NCBI GenBank assembly: GCA_043826565.1
Contig: JBDRPX010000004.1
Location: 10,232 to 74,231, forward strand
Length of the DNA stretch: 64,000 bases
Source of the DNA: Candidatus Omnitrophota bacterium
GTDB taxonomy: Bacteria; Omnitrophota; Gorgyraeia; B26-G9
Direction of reading: 5' to 3'
A program made the translations under genes and the position numbers. The notes under the pieces are model-generated. The model worked only from the letters and a program-made list of their open reading frames with translations, did not search any database and was not told the origin of the DNA. The first letter of the stretch is position 1; the number at the start of each line of letters is the position of its first letter. This document shows positions 38,835 through 49,880 of this stretch, one piece after another.

Positions 38835-39500
38835 ATGCGAGGAATAATCAAAAAATCGTATAGTTTTATTATAAATGCTGTTAAGGCATGGGATAAAAGG
38901 ACAAATTATGCAGCTTTGCGTTGGTTGCGGAAGATAACGAATACAAATTCTAAGAAATTTTATGATGATTTGCTTGCCCGGAAGGGGAAGCAATGGAGGT
39001 CTTTTCCTTATGAGACTCTATTGGAATTTCTTCCGACAGATAAGCCCTTTACTTTACTTGATATCGGTTGTGCTCTTGGTGACGGGTGTATTTTTTTAAA
39101 AGAAAAATTTCCTGATAGTGATTTTAGCGGGGCAGATTGGAGTAGTGTTGGTATTGCGACAGCAAAAGAAAAATCCAAAGAGATCAATTTTTTTGAATTG
39201 AATATACTTAAAAATTCTCCGCCGAAGAATTATGACTATATTAGTATGTTAAGTACTTTAGAGCATTTTGATCATCCTTATGAGGTGATTGAAAAGTGTC
39301 TGAAATTTGTTAATAAAGCATTGTTCATTTATTCTCCATACACAAAATCTTTTGATGATCCACATCTTTACGGATCCGGACTGCATAGATTCTTGTTCAA
39401 TGAAGATACTTTTGCCGGATATGACAGCGAAGTATTAAAGATAACTCAACTGGTTGAAGCGACAGGGTATCAATATATTCTTTACAGGATAAATCCATGA
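38835..39500 (+). CDS. class I SAM-dependent methyltransferase (tandem paralog)
   Basis: Motif I LLDIGCALGDG. It shares an LEHF block with the upstream gene. Confidence 0.6.
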   Translation: MRGIIKKSYSFIINAVKAWDKRTNYAALRWLRKITNTNSKKFYDDLLARKGKQWRSFPYETLLEFLPTDKPFTLLDIGCALGDGCIFLKEKFPDSDFSGADWSSVGIATAKEKSKEINFFELNILKNSPPKNYDYISMLSTLEHFDHPYEVIEKCLKFVNKALFIYSPYTKSFDDPHLYGSGLHRFLFNEDTFAGYDSEVLKITQLVEATGYQYILYRINP

Positions 39501-40732
39501 AAATACTAAGTATTTCAAATATGGATATTTGGCCGTTTGGGAAAAATAAGGGAATCCCTTCGGTATCAGCTTCGCAGATAGGATTTGCCGACTTGGGGCA
39601 TGAGGTTTATTTTTCATGTCCGCTAAAACGGAAAGGATTGCCGGCAGAGGAAGAAATGGAAGGGGTGCATATCCGGCGCTATAGACTGCCGTTTGGCCTG
39701 AGCAGTCTTTCTGTCTATAATTTGCCGATGGATAAACTGGGTAATCGAATAAAAAGCAGTATGATTTATAATCTGGAATGGTTTTTTGTCCAGATTTTCG
39801 GGTTTTTTCACGGGATTACTCTGGCGCTGCGGATAAGGCCGGATCTTATTTATGCTCATAGCACTACGGCCGCGTTTCCGGCATTTTTGATTAGCCGGTT
39901 GTGCAAAGCGAAATTTGTGATCAGGGTTTATGGGATAAAGGATATGTCTACGTTTAATACCTGGGGCCGGCTAAGAGCGATCAGGGATATCGCGGCATTT
40001 AAATTAGCGGCGGATTACTTTATTGTCACTAATGACGGTACCGGAGGGTATGCTTTGCTTAAGGATCTGGGAGTAAAAGAAGAAAAAATTAAAAATTGGC
40101 GTAATGGGATCGACATTTCTATATCAGATCCTGTGCCGCAGGCAAAGCAAAAGGTATGCGCGCAGCTGGGTATTCCGGAATCTTCACGGATCATCCTTTC
40201 TTTGTCCCGGTTTATTCCTATTTACGGTGTAGATAATCTGGTATTATCTTTGCCGGAATTATTTAAAAAACACGAGGATATTGTTTGTGTTATTGCCGGC
40301 AGCGGCCCGGATAAATCTAAGTTAGAAGCTATTGTTAATGAGGCGGGGATCGCTTCCCGGGTTTTCTTTTTGGGGACAGTCGACCATGAGCAGGTAAAAA
40401 GACTTTTATATGCCGCGGATATGTATGTGTTTTTACCGCGGATTCATAACTGCACAAATACAATGTGGGAAGCTATCTCATGTGGGGTTTGTATTTTAAC
40501 TACCGAAACAGAATCAATAAAAGAGGTTCTGATTTCCGGGGAAAACTGTGTCTTGATATCTTATCAAAGGATAAAAGAATTACCTCAGGTTTTAGATTCT
40601 CTTTTTAATGATGATGAGCAGATGCGTAAATTGGGAGAAAATGCCTTAAAGCGTTCCCAGGAGGTCTTGGAGAGCTGGCCGGATAGAATAAAGAAAGAAG
40701 CAGAGCTTTTGGAAGAATTAGTGAAAAAATGA
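39497..40732 (+). CDS. family 4 (GT-B) glycosyltransferase
   Basis: C-terminal E-x7-E region (MWEAISCGVCILTTETE). Confidence 0.7.
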   Translation: MKILSISNMDIWPFGKNKGIPSVSASQIGFADLGHEVYFSCPLKRKGLPAEEEMEGVHIRRYRLPFGLSSLSVYNLPMDKLGNRIKSSMIYNLEWFFVQIFGFFHGITLALRIRPDLIYAHSTTAAFPAFLISRLCKAKFVIRVYGIKDMSTFNTWGRLRAIRDIAAFKLAADYFIVTNDGTGGYALLKDLGVKEEKIKNWRNGIDISISDPVPQAKQKVCAQLGIPESSRIILSLSRFIPIYGVDNLVLSLPELFKKHEDIVCVIAGSGPDKSKLEAIVNEAGIASRVFFLGTVDHEQVKRLLYAADMYVFLPRIHNCTNTMWEAISCGVCILTTETESIKEVLISGENCVLISYQRIKELPQVLDSLFNDDEQMRKLGENALKRSQEVLESWPDRIKKEAELLEELVKK

Positions 40733-41772
40733 AAGATAATAATAAGAAATCAATAAGCCTTATAATCACCGGAGATATTATGCTCGGAGGAACATTATCT
40801 GCGGGATTAAAAAAATATAATTATTCACATCTTAGAGATTGTTTTCAAGATGCGGACATTGTTTTTGGTAACTTGGAAGCTCCGTTTTCTAATCAAGGAC
40901 AACCGCAGGAGAATAAGATACTTCTTTCTCAGCCTCCGGAAGCTGTAGAATTGATTGATTATTTGGGTTTTAATGTATTGTCCTTAGGGAACAATCATAT
41001 TATGGATTATGGAGAAAAAGGCTTAGATGAAACATTGCGTATTCTTTCTGAAAATAATATTCAATACATCGGGGCAGGTAATGATCTTGCTCAGGCCAGA
41101 AAACCGGCAGAATTTAGTATGTGCGGGATAAAGGTGTCAATATTAGGCTATGCCAGCCAGTCTACGGAAAAAAGTAATCCTTTGGTGTATGCCCGGGAAA
41201 ATAAAAAAGGTTTGGCTGAATTTAATATGGAAGTAATTAAAGAAGATATTAAACGCGCCAAGGCTCAGGGCACGGATATTGTGGTTGTTTCTTTGCATTG
41301 GGGCGAAGAAATGTATCATTTCCCCTATCCAGAACAGAGAAAACAAGCGCATGAAATTATTGATATGGGCGCGAATATTATTGCCGGGCATCATCCGCAT
41401 CTTTTACAGGGGGTAGAGAAATATAAAAACGGAGTTATTTTATACTCTCTGGGTAATTTTATTTTTGGTGAGTTTATAATGCCGAATGATAAATGGTACC
41501 GATGGTCGCCAAGAAACCGGCTTAGTGCTTATCTTGAGTTTACGGTGGGAAAACAAGGGATACTTTCTTATAATGTAGTTCCTTTGTGGATAGGCAAGGA
41601 GCTGATTCCGTCCCAGGCTAAGAAAATATCCTGCCGCAGGGCGATAGAACGATTTTCTAAAATATTGAGCAGCCCGGATTATGAAAGATTATTTAAGGGT
41701 ATAAAAGCAAAAGAAAACCAGGCAATCTTTTGGGATAAGGTTAAAAGGAGATTTTTAGGTTATGGTCTATAA
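40729..41772 (+). CDS. CapA/PGA_cap family metallophosphatase-like protein
   Basis: GNLEAPF, GNNHIMDYG and HWGEE motifs. Confidence 0.65.
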   Translation: MKDNNKKSISLIITGDIMLGGTLSAGLKKYNYSHLRDCFQDADIVFGNLEAPFSNQGQPQENKILLSQPPEAVELIDYLGFNVLSLGNNHIMDYGEKGLDETLRILSENNIQYIGAGNDLAQARKPAEFSMCGIKVSILGYASQSTEKSNPLVYARENKKGLAEFNMEVIKEDIKRAKAQGTDIVVVSLHWGEEMYHFPYPEQRKQAHEIIDMGANIIAGHHPHLLQGVEKYKNGVILYSLGNFIFGEFIMPNDKWYRWSPRNRLSAYLEFTVGKQGILSYNVVPLWIGKELIPSQAKKISCRRAIERFSKILSSPDYERLFKGIKAKENQAIFWDKVKRRFLGYGL

Positions 41773-43201
41773 AAAAGTATTCCTATTAACCCCGCCATAC
41801 CGGGGCACCCGCGTAAAAGGAGTTTTTTCCGCGGGGCTTGGGTATATTGCCGAAAGCCTTAAGAACGCGGGCATTGAATATGAAGTTTGTAATATGAGTT
41901 TGGGGTATGATTATAAATATTTAAAAATGAAAATAGATAGATTTGCTCCGGGATTGATCGGTATCTCAATGATGACCTATAGATATAAACAGACCTATGA
42001 ATTAATAAGAAGCCTGAAAAAGGATTACCCCAAAATTCGGATTGTTGTCGGCGGTCCGCATATTTCTTTGTTTCGCAAAGAAGTTTTAGAAGCATGTCCG
42101 GAAATAGATTTTGGGATTACTTTAGAAGGGGAGGAGACAATAGTGGAATTGTGCAGCGGGACAGCTGCGGGATCGATCAAAGGACTGATTTATCAAGGAG
42201 AAAAAGGGGTTATTTATAATGGCGATAGGGAATTTATTAATCCCCTGGATAAGATTGCTTTTCCTCAATATGAGAAGTTTGAAATGGAAAGGATCTTTAA
42301 TAAGGAAATAAATTCCGTTCCCATAGTTTCCTCTCGCGGCTGCCCTTTTGCTTGTGTGTACTGTCCGGTTAAATTTTCCGTGGGTTGTGATTTCCGGGTG
42401 AGAAGCCCGGAAAGTATTATTGCCGAACTAAAGTATTGGCATCAGAAAGGGTACCGCAGGTTCAGTTTCGCGGATGATAATTTTACTTTAAAGAAACAGC
42501 GGATAGTTGACTTATGCGAAGCTCTCAGGAAAAACAATCTGAATGATTTAAAATTAAGCTGTGATAATGGCATCCGTGCGGATAAGGTTGATAAAGACCT
42601 TTTGAAGTTGATGAGGGATGTGGGTTTTTATAGAATAGCTTTTGGTGTGGAAGCGGGCAATAACAAAATTCTAAAGCAGTTGAAAAAAAGTGAAAATATT
42701 GAGACAATAACCGCGCGGATTCAGGAAGCCTGTGATCTGGGCTATGAGATGGATTTATTTTTTCTTGTGGGTTCTCCGGGAGAGACTTGGGAAGATTTGC
42801 AGGATTCTTTTAGTATTGCTTTAAAATATCCCATCGGGACAGCCTACTTTTATAATATTATCCCGTTTCCGCATACAGAATTATTTGATTGGATAAAAGA
42901 AAACGGCAGGTTTTTAAAAGAACCGGAAAACTATTTAGATGATTATCCGATCTTAGATAATGTGCCGCTTTTTGAAACTCCGGAAATGCCGCTTAAAATG
43001 AGAAAAAAAGCTATAAAAAAGGCGTTTAGTATTACCCGGCTAACCATGTACCGGGCTTGGACAAAACGGCTGGAAAAATTAGGCGGCCTGGGAAAAATAT
43101 TGGCGTTCATTTATACGCGGGAATTTGTTCAGGATGTGATTTTGCGCAATGAAATTACCCGAAAAATTGTTTATCGCTTAGCCTGGCTGTTTATTAAGTA
43201 A
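41762..43201 (+). CDS. B12-binding domain radical SAM protein
   Basis: N-terminal B12-binding-like Rossmann region and the CPFACVYC (C-x3-C-x2-C) cluster. Confidence 0.75.
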   Translation: MVYKKVFLLTPPYRGTRVKGVFSAGLGYIAESLKNAGIEYEVCNMSLGYDYKYLKMKIDRFAPGLIGISMMTYRYKQTYELIRSLKKDYPKIRIVVGGPHISLFRKEVLEACPEIDFGITLEGEETIVELCSGTAAGSIKGLIYQGEKGVIYNGDREFINPLDKIAFPQYEKFEMERIFNKEINSVPIVSSRGCPFACVYCPVKFSVGCDFRVRSPESIIAELKYWHQKGYRRFSFADDNFTLKKQRIVDLCEALRKNNLNDLKLSCDNGIRADKVDKDLLKLMRDVGFYRIAFGVEAGNNKILKQLKKSENIETITARIQEACDLGYEMDLFFLVGSPGETWEDLQDSFSIALKYPIGTAYFYNIIPFPHTELFDWIKENGRFLKEPENYLDDYPILDNVPLFETPEMPLKMRKKAIKKAFSITRLTMYRAWTKRLEKLGGLGKILAFIYTREFVQDVILRNEITRKIVYRLAWLFIK

Positions 43202-43212
43202 AAGGACGAAAA

Positions 43213-44034
43213 ATGCTTGTTTCTATAATCATACCTTGTAAAAATGAGAGTGAGAATATAAAGAGCTTACTGGAAGCTGTGCAAACGCAGGAACTTGATT
43301 TTGATAAAGAGATAATTACTGTTAATAATGTAAGCCCTTCGGGCCGGGCGAGGAATCAGGGCGCGGATAGAGCAAAGGGAGAAATCCTGGTTTTTCTGGA
43401 TAATGATATTAGTTTTGGCAGTTCTAGAGTTTTAGCAAATTTAATCGCGCCGCTTTTGGAAGACGCGGAGATCGGGATTTGCGGAGTTTCTCAAAAAATT
43501 CCCAAAAACGCGAATTGGTTTCAGCGCTGGTGTGCTAAAGAAATTCCGCATACTGAGCATTTAGTTGTGGAGAAAATAGAAGAACGGGGAATGGTGGGGG
43601 GCGCCTGCTGCGCGATAAAGAAAGAATTGTTTTTTAAATCCGGAAGATTTAATGATGGATTAAAAAGAGGGGTAGATGTTGAATTTTGTGCCCGGGTAAA
43701 GGCAAATAATTATCGTGTTGTGATTGTGCCGCAGACCTGGATTTATCATCCGCCATCGGAGAATTTATTTGAGTTTATAAGTTTGTGTTTTCGCAATGGA
43801 AAAGCTACCGCGTTTATTGACCGGTATTATCCGGAATTAAATTTTGATGTCGGCGTAGGAGAAAAAATTGGCCCGCTTAAGAAAAAAAGTATTTTAGAAA
43901 GGTTCTTACGCTATGGCCAAGGGGTTTTGAAAGCTATAGTATTTTTAAAGATATTAAATCTAATCTATAGGATTGCTTATTTTTTAGGATATATTCAGGA
44001 GAAAATATTCGGCGGGAGAAAAAATGTACGATAA
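43213..44034 (+). CDS. family 2 (GT-A) glycosyltransferase
   Basis: VSIIIPCKNE start and the DND motif. Confidence 0.7.
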   Translation: MLVSIIIPCKNESENIKSLLEAVQTQELDFDKEIITVNNVSPSGRARNQGADRAKGEILVFLDNDISFGSSRVLANLIAPLLEDAEIGICGVSQKIPKNANWFQRWCAKEIPHTEHLVVEKIEERGMVGGACCAIKKELFFKSGRFNDGLKRGVDVEFCARVKANNYRVVIVPQTWIYHPPSENLFEFISLCFRNGKATAFIDRYYPELNFDVGVGEKIGPLKKKSILERFLRYGQGVLKAIVFLKILNLIYRIAYFLGYIQEKIFGGRKNVR

Positions 44035-45376
44035 AATAGTCAAACACATCTATTACCCGTTAATGCAAAAAATTAAGGGACAAAAGGTTATTAGCTACGC
44101 GCAAAAACTTGAAAAATCGCAATGGAATACTGCCGATGTTTTAGAGAAAGAGCAATGGGATAATCTGAAAAGATTAATAGATAGCGCGGGTAAAAATGTG
44201 CCTTATTATAAACGAATTTTTAAGGAGGAAGGTATTGATACGAAAAATATTAAAAATTACAGTGATTTTAGGCGCATTCCTTGTCTGGAAAAAGATACAG
44301 TGCAGCAAAATTTTAAGGAACTTATTAATCCCGATTATAAGGAGGGGTTTTACCGGACTAAAACCAGCGGTTCTACAGGGCGGGTATTGGAATTATTACA
44401 CAGTATTGAGGTGACCAGTTGGATATTTGCCGGACAAAAAAGAGCGCAAAAATGGTTTGATGTTGAGGTTGGGGATAAAGCTTTATTTATCTGGGGAAGG
44501 CCGCTGGATTCGCGTTTTCAGGAGTTGGCGGGTTATATTAAAACGCGATTAAAGAATATTATACTGATTTCGGCTTTTGAGCTAACTGAAGCGAATCTAA
44601 AAAAACAATGGCAGAAAATAAAACATTTTAAGCCAAAATATATTTACGGTTACGCATCGTCGATTTTTAAATTAGCCGAATATGTGCAAAAGACAGACAA
44701 ACAGGCAGAGTTTTCCTCAAAAGCCGTGTTTACTACCGCGGAAACGCTTTTTAATTATCAGCGGGAAGTGATTGAAGCGGTCTTTGACTGTCCGGTAGCG
44801 CAGGAATACGGCTGTGCCGAAGTAGGCGCGTTTGCTTATGAATGTCCGCAAAAAAACATGCATATTTACGCGGAGAATGTTTTTGTGGAAGTGCTTAAAA
44901 ACGGACAGCCGGCAGCTGCAGGAGAAACCGGTGAAATAGTGATTACATCTTTAAATAATTATTGCATGCCGTTTATCCGTTACCGGGTGGGCGATATGGG
45001 AAGTTACTTAGATAAAGAGTGTGCTTGCGGCCGGAAACTCCCCTTATTGGATTTAAAAGTAGCCAAAGTTACGGATATGGTAGTGACGGCTGGCGGAGAA
45101 GTATTCTCCAGTGAATTGTTTGATTATATAAATTTAGAGCTTAAAAAGAAGCAGATCACCGGAATTGGTCAATTTCGGGTAACCCAGGAAAATCAGGAAG
45201 CTTTTGCCGTGGAAATAGTAAAACAAGAGCCATTTTCTGAGCAGGCAATTGATTTTTTCCGCAAAAAAATGATGGAATTTTTCGGCAATAATATAAAAAT
45301 AGAATTTATTTTTAAAAAGGAAATACCCAGAGATAAAACCGGAAAGATGAGATATTTTATTTCCAAATTAAAGTAA
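44024..45376 (+). CDS. PaaK/CapK-like adenylate-forming enzyme (coenzyme F390 synthetase family)
   Basis: The TSGSTG AMP-binding motif and ~450 aa length, in an EPS-locus context. Confidence 0.65.
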   Translation: MYDKIVKHIYYPLMQKIKGQKVISYAQKLEKSQWNTADVLEKEQWDNLKRLIDSAGKNVPYYKRIFKEEGIDTKNIKNYSDFRRIPCLEKDTVQQNFKELINPDYKEGFYRTKTSGSTGRVLELLHSIEVTSWIFAGQKRAQKWFDVEVGDKALFIWGRPLDSRFQELAGYIKTRLKNIILISAFELTEANLKKQWQKIKHFKPKYIYGYASSIFKLAEYVQKTDKQAEFSSKAVFTTAETLFNYQREVIEAVFDCPVAQEYGCAEVGAFAYECPQKNMHIYAENVFVEVLKNGQPAAAGETGEIVITSLNNYCMPFIRYRVGDMGSYLDKECACGRKLPLLDLKVAKVTDMVVTAGGEVFSSELFDYINLELKKKQITGIGQFRVTQENQEAFAVEIVKQEPFSEQAIDFFRKKMMEFFGNNIKIEFIFKKEIPRDKTGKMRYFISKLK

Positions 45377-45377
45377 A

Positions 45378-46433
45378 GTGACTATGAAAAAAATATTAAT
45401 TATTAACTTAGGCGGAATCGGTGATTTCTTGCTTTCTACTCCGGCTGTAAAGGCTTTACGGAACGCTTATCCTGATGCGGAAATAGATCTATTGGCTTCT
45501 GCCGGGATCGGGAAGATTGCCCGGGGATTGGATTATATAAACAGGATATTTGTATTTGATATTAAATACGGTGGAATTATCCGCTGGCACCGGATATGGA
45601 AAAACATCTCAACCTTATTAACGCTGCGCAGAAGGCACTATGACTTGGCTGTTAATATGCGTACGATTACTTCCGCAGACAGCGCGAAAAAGATAAAATT
45701 CCTTTTAAAAGTAATTTCCGCGCATAAAACAGCCGGCAGAAATACCGAGGGACGGGCTTCTTTTTTTAATATAAAAATTCCGGAAACTGATGACGGAGAT
45801 AAATATGAGAGGGAATATGATATTGATACAGTAACAGCTTTAGGCGTGAAAGTGCTGGATAAAAAAGTATCCTGGGAGATTAAGAGTAGTGCTCAGGATA
45901 ATATTGAAAACATGCTTAAAGAAAAAAAGGTAAGTAAAGAGGATATTCTTATTGGTATCCATCCCGGAGGCATGTTTTCGCGCCGCTGGCCCTTAGAAAG
46001 ATTTGCCAAGGTGATTGATGCTATTGCCGAAGCAATGCCGGCTAAATTTATTATCACCGGTGCTAAATTTGAAGAAGTATTAGGTAATACCCTGAAATCT
46101 ATTTCCGATACCGAAGTTATAAATGCGGCGGGGGATTTGGACATCCATGAATTATTTGCTTTAATTAAAAGATGTAATGTTTATATATCGAATGATACCG
46201 GGCCCATGCATATCGCGGCGATACTGAAAACGCCCTTAGTGGCGATATTCGGGCCGGGGCATTTTATTCGTTATGATCCCCGGAATATTTCCGATAGGGT
46301 CAAAGTTTTGTATAAAAAGAAGGAGTGTTCGCCTTGCTTAAAGGTGGAGTGTGATGATCTGCAGTGCTTAAAGGCTGTTTCCCCGCAGGAAGTTATTGAC
46401 GCGGTAACGCAATTATTAGAGGAAAAACAGTGA
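45378..46433 (+). CDS. family 9 glycosyltransferase (heptosyltransferase-like)
   Basis: ILIINLGGIGDFLLSTPAVKAL N-terminus, with GPMHIAA near the C-terminus. Confidence 0.7.
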   Translation: MTMKKILIINLGGIGDFLLSTPAVKALRNAYPDAEIDLLASAGIGKIARGLDYINRIFVFDIKYGGIIRWHRIWKNISTLLTLRRRHYDLAVNMRTITSADSAKKIKFLLKVISAHKTAGRNTEGRASFFNIKIPETDDGDKYEREYDIDTVTALGVKVLDKKVSWEIKSSAQDNIENMLKEKKVSKEDILIGIHPGGMFSRRWPLERFAKVIDAIAEAMPAKFIITGAKFEEVLGNTLKSISDTEVINAAGDLDIHELFALIKRCNVYISNDTGPMHIAAILKTPLVAIFGPGHFIRYDPRNISDRVKVLYKKKECSPCLKVECDDLQCLKAVSPQEVIDAVTQLLEEKQ

Positions 46434-47098
46434 TTAAACGTTTATACACCTGGTTTCATAAAGCAGTTGCTAAGGATGAAGAAAAAGATCAGCCTTCGGG
46501 CGGGGTTTGGCCGCATGTAGTCAGAAAAGGGGTTTTAAATATCTGCCAGGCAACCCAGGGGGCAGTCATGGAAGTCGGCTGCGGGGAGGGATTATTTATC
46601 CGCCAACTGGCATTAAATAATCCAGGACTGAAAATTACCGGAGTGGATAATAATAGTGTTAAATTAGAAGAAGCAAAACGTAAATGCCATGAGCTTGGGC
46701 TGGTCAATGTTAACATAATATTTGCTGACGCAGCCAATATACCTGTTTCTGCGGAATGTTTTAATTGCGTTGTGTGTATAAATGTTTTGCTCAATTTACC
46801 TTCGATAGAAGTAGTCCGAAGCATTATAAAAGAAATATCCCGGGTTTGCGCGTGCGGAGGAAAGTTTGTGTTTGATTTTCGTAATTCCGCTAATCCGGTG
46901 GTTAATTTAAAATACAGGCTGGCTCCTTATTATGATGAAACAGTTAAAAGAGACAGTTTGCCGTTAAATACATATTCATCCAAGCAGATCACGGCGCTGT
47001 TATCGGAAAACAAGTTTAAGGTCATTAGCCGGAAATATCTGGGATTTCCTTATAATCGGTTAGCGCCGATTATTATAATTGAGGCGGAAAAATGTTAA
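46430..47098 (+). CDS. class I SAM-dependent methyltransferase
   Basis: Motif I VMEVGCGEG. Confidence 0.6.
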   Translation: MIKRLYTWFHKAVAKDEEKDQPSGGVWPHVVRKGVLNICQATQGAVMEVGCGEGLFIRQLALNNPGLKITGVDNNSVKLEEAKRKCHELGLVNVNIIFADAANIPVSAECFNCVVCINVLLNLPSIEVVRSIIKEISRVCACGGKFVFDFRNSANPVVNLKYRLAPYYDETVKRDSLPLNTYSSKQITALLSENKFKVISRKYLGFPYNRLAPIIIIEAEKC

Positions 47099-48246
47099 GA
47101 AAAGTACCAATAGTTGCTGTGCCCATCGAAATTACGGATTTATTAGCGGGGTTTAATGCTTTTAGCCGGAAACTCAGTCCCGGCAGTGAACCTTCGGATG
47201 TATTTTTTGCTGATTCCGCAACAGCCTGTCTTTACACATTCCTGCAGATTCTTAAAGGTCAGTCAGATAAACAGGAGGTCATCCTGCCGGCTTATACGGC
47301 ATCGACATTAGTGATCGCGATTCAAAAGGCGGGATTAAAACCAGTGCTTTGTGATATCCGCCTGACTGATTTTAATATGGACCCGGATTCATTAAGGCAG
47401 ATTATTACGGAAAAGACATTAGCGATTATCGGTGTGCATATGTTTGGAATTGTTGATGCGGGGTTGGGTAATATTAAAAAACAATTTCCGGAAATTATCG
47501 TTATTGAAGATTGCTGCCAGGCGATGGGAAGCGAAATTGACCGTGAATTTGTGGGCAAAATGACAGATGTAAGCCTGTTTAGCTTTAATCGCGGTAAAAA
47601 CATTCCCACTTACGGCGGCGGTTGTTTGGGTTTAAATATTAAATTTCTTATAGACAAGATTAAGCAGTCCGGGGTAAGGGAACAGCCGGTGACATTGGCG
47701 CAGGAACTTAAATCAGCAGTTAAGCTGATGGCTTTAGCTGTTATTATGCGGCCGTGGGTATATGGGGCGGCTTTGCCGTTTATCGCGGGTTTAAAAGAGA
47801 AAGCTCCGGCAGAGGATTTTGCGGTCCAGGGGTATACGAAGTTTCAATTAGGTGTTCTCGGTTCTCTATTAAAGAAAATGAAATCACTAAGTCAACAGCG
47901 TTATATTAATGGAATGAAATTAATCGAAGGATTGCAGAAAACAGAAGGGGTTTGTACCCCGGAAATCGCGAAAAATACTAAGCCGGCATTTAACCGCCTG
48001 CCGGTTTTATTTAATGATCCTAAGGAGAAAGAAACCACTCAGAAGAATTTAAGTAGGTCCGGCATAGAAACTTCCCAAATGTATTTTAAACCATTGCATC
48101 ATATTTTTGCTTTAGGATATAAAAAAGAAGAATTTTCTAACGCGGTTTATCTGGCGCAGCATCTTTTGACTTTACCAACACATCCTTTGCTTGCGGATAG
48201 CGATATAGAAAAGATCATTAAAACGATAAGGCGGGTAGTTAAATGA
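47092..48246 (+). CDS. DegT/DnrJ/EryC1/StrS-family PLP enzyme (sugar aminotransferase-like)
   Basis: FSFNRGKNI putative PLP-Lys block and overall DegT-like blocks, but divergent. Confidence 0.5.
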   Translation: MLRKVPIVAVPIEITDLLAGFNAFSRKLSPGSEPSDVFFADSATACLYTFLQILKGQSDKQEVILPAYTASTLVIAIQKAGLKPVLCDIRLTDFNMDPDSLRQIITEKTLAIIGVHMFGIVDAGLGNIKKQFPEIIVIEDCCQAMGSEIDREFVGKMTDVSLFSFNRGKNIPTYGGGCLGLNIKFLIDKIKQSGVREQPVTLAQELKSAVKLMALAVIMRPWVYGAALPFIAGLKEKAPAEDFAVQGYTKFQLGVLGSLLKKMKSLSQQRYINGMKLIEGLQKTEGVCTPEIAKNTKPAFNRLPVLFNDPKEKETTQKNLSRSGIETSQMYFKPLHHIFALGYKKEEFSNAVYLAQHLLTLPTHPLLADSDIEKIIKTIRRVVK

Positions 48247-49280
48247 AAAAAATTCTTATTGCCAATTTTGGGGGGATCAAAGATATTATGCTTTCTGCTC
48301 CGGCTTTGCAGGCGCTAAAAAAAGCTGATCCTGATTCCGTTCTGCATATGCTTATTTTCCCTGAGCCGTTAGAATATGCGATGATGCTTTCCTGTATAGA
48401 TAATATCACTGTTTTGCAGAGAGAGCTGGTTTGTTTGTCCTCTAATTTAAAACTGCTTTTTGAATTACGTAAAGAAAAGTTTGATATTATGATCAATATG
48501 CGTACGCTTTTTACTAAAAAAGAAGCGAGTTACATCCAGTGGATTATTAATGCGGTTAACCCTCAGTTAAAAGTCGGCAGAAATACTGATGGCCGCGGTA
48601 AATTTTTTGATATTAAGATTCCGGAAACATCGGTCGGAGAAAAGTATGAGATGGAATATAATAGTGATATCGTAAAAGCTTTGGGAGTCGAAGAGGTAGG
48701 ACGGGATATTGATTTCCCCATTGATGAAAAAAGCCAGGAATACGCGGATGATTTGCTCAAACGTGAAGGTATTGAAGAAAATATGTTTCTTATGGGGATT
48801 CATCCCGGAGGAGGAGTGTTACGGCGCTGGTCAATAGATAAATTATGCGAGGTTATAAGAGAACTTAATAAGAAATTCTCATTTCGTTATGTGATCACCG
48901 GAAGTAACGATGAAAAAGACCTGGGCGAATATATTGTTAAGGAAATAGAAGAGGGCCGGGTGATTGACCTTACCGGAAAACTGGGCATGCCTTCATTAGG
49001 CGCGGTAATTAAAAGATGTAATTTGTTTGTTTCTAATGATGCCGCTCCGTTACATATTGCCGCGGTATTTAAAACTCCTTTGATCGCTTTGTTTGGGTCT
49101 ACAGACCTAACGCGGTATGATCCGCGTAATATATGCGATAAAGCGGAAATTATTTATAATAAACAGGACTGCGCGCCTTGTAAAAAATCCAAATGTGAAG
49201 CAATAAAGTGCATGGATAGTATAACCATAGAGTCGGTAGTTCAGGCCTGTTTGAAATTTATTAATCCGGTGCAGCTTTAA
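48243..49280 (+). CDS. family 9 glycosyltransferase (second copy)
   Basis: KILIANFGGIKDIMLSAPALQAL and APLHIAA blocks; paralog of the gene at 45378. Confidence 0.7.
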   Translation: MKKILIANFGGIKDIMLSAPALQALKKADPDSVLHMLIFPEPLEYAMMLSCIDNITVLQRELVCLSSNLKLLFELRKEKFDIMINMRTLFTKKEASYIQWIINAVNPQLKVGRNTDGRGKFFDIKIPETSVGEKYEMEYNSDIVKALGVEEVGRDIDFPIDEKSQEYADDLLKREGIEENMFLMGIHPGGGVLRRWSIDKLCEVIRELNKKFSFRYVITGSNDEKDLGEYIVKEIEEGRVIDLTGKLGMPSLGAVIKRCNLFVSNDAAPLHIAAVFKTPLIALFGSTDLTRYDPRNICDKAEIIYNKQDCAPCKKSKCEAIKCMDSITIESVVQACLKFINPVQL

Positions 49281-49317
49281 TCCCGGACCAGAATTTGATT
49301 AAGATAGGGGAAAGATA

Positions 49318-49878
49318 ATGAATATAAAAGGCGTGCATTTTAAATCAATGTTATCGGCGGTGAAGATACTTTTTGGAGAAGAGGGGTTTAAAAAGGCAGT
49401 AAGCGGTCTTACTGAAGAGGATAAAAAGATTGTCAATACCGAACGAATGGCGAGCGTAAGGTTGTTACCTTTAGATTCGGTAGTACGTTTTATGGAAATA
49501 GTTATCCGGGATTTAGCTGCTGGTGATGAAAGAATAGCTTTAAAAATGGGAAAAATAGTCGGAGACCTCGAACTTAACAGTATTTACCGGGTGTTTATAA
49601 CAACCATCGGTAATCCGGAATTTATTGTTAAGAAAACACCGATGATCTTTGAAGCTCTCCATGATTCGGGAAAGCTTACTTTTGAAAAATCCGAGGAAAA
49701 TAATTTTTTGATGACGGTTACGGGTTTTAGCAAAAATCAGCGGGTTTATGAATTTGGGATGATGGGCTGGATAAAATATTATTTTGAACTAAGCGGAGTA
49801 AAATCCGTTAAAGCGGAAATAATAAAATCTATTGGGGCCGGAGAAAAGGAAGCTCAGTATAAGTTCTCCTGGGACTGA
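49318..49878 (+). CDS. hypothetical soluble protein (186 aa)
   Basis: ORF with an RBS (GGGGAAAG). I do not recognise a family with confidence. Confidence 0.4.
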   Translation: MNIKGVHFKSMLSAVKILFGEEGFKKAVSGLTEEDKKIVNTERMASVRLLPLDSVVRFMEIVIRDLAAGDERIALKMGKIVGDLELNSIYRVFITTIGNPEFIVKKTPMIFEALHDSGKLTFEKSEENNFLMTVTGFSKNQRVYEFGMMGWIKYYFELSGVKSVKAEIIKSIGAGEKEAQYKFSWD

Positions 49879-49880
49879 TT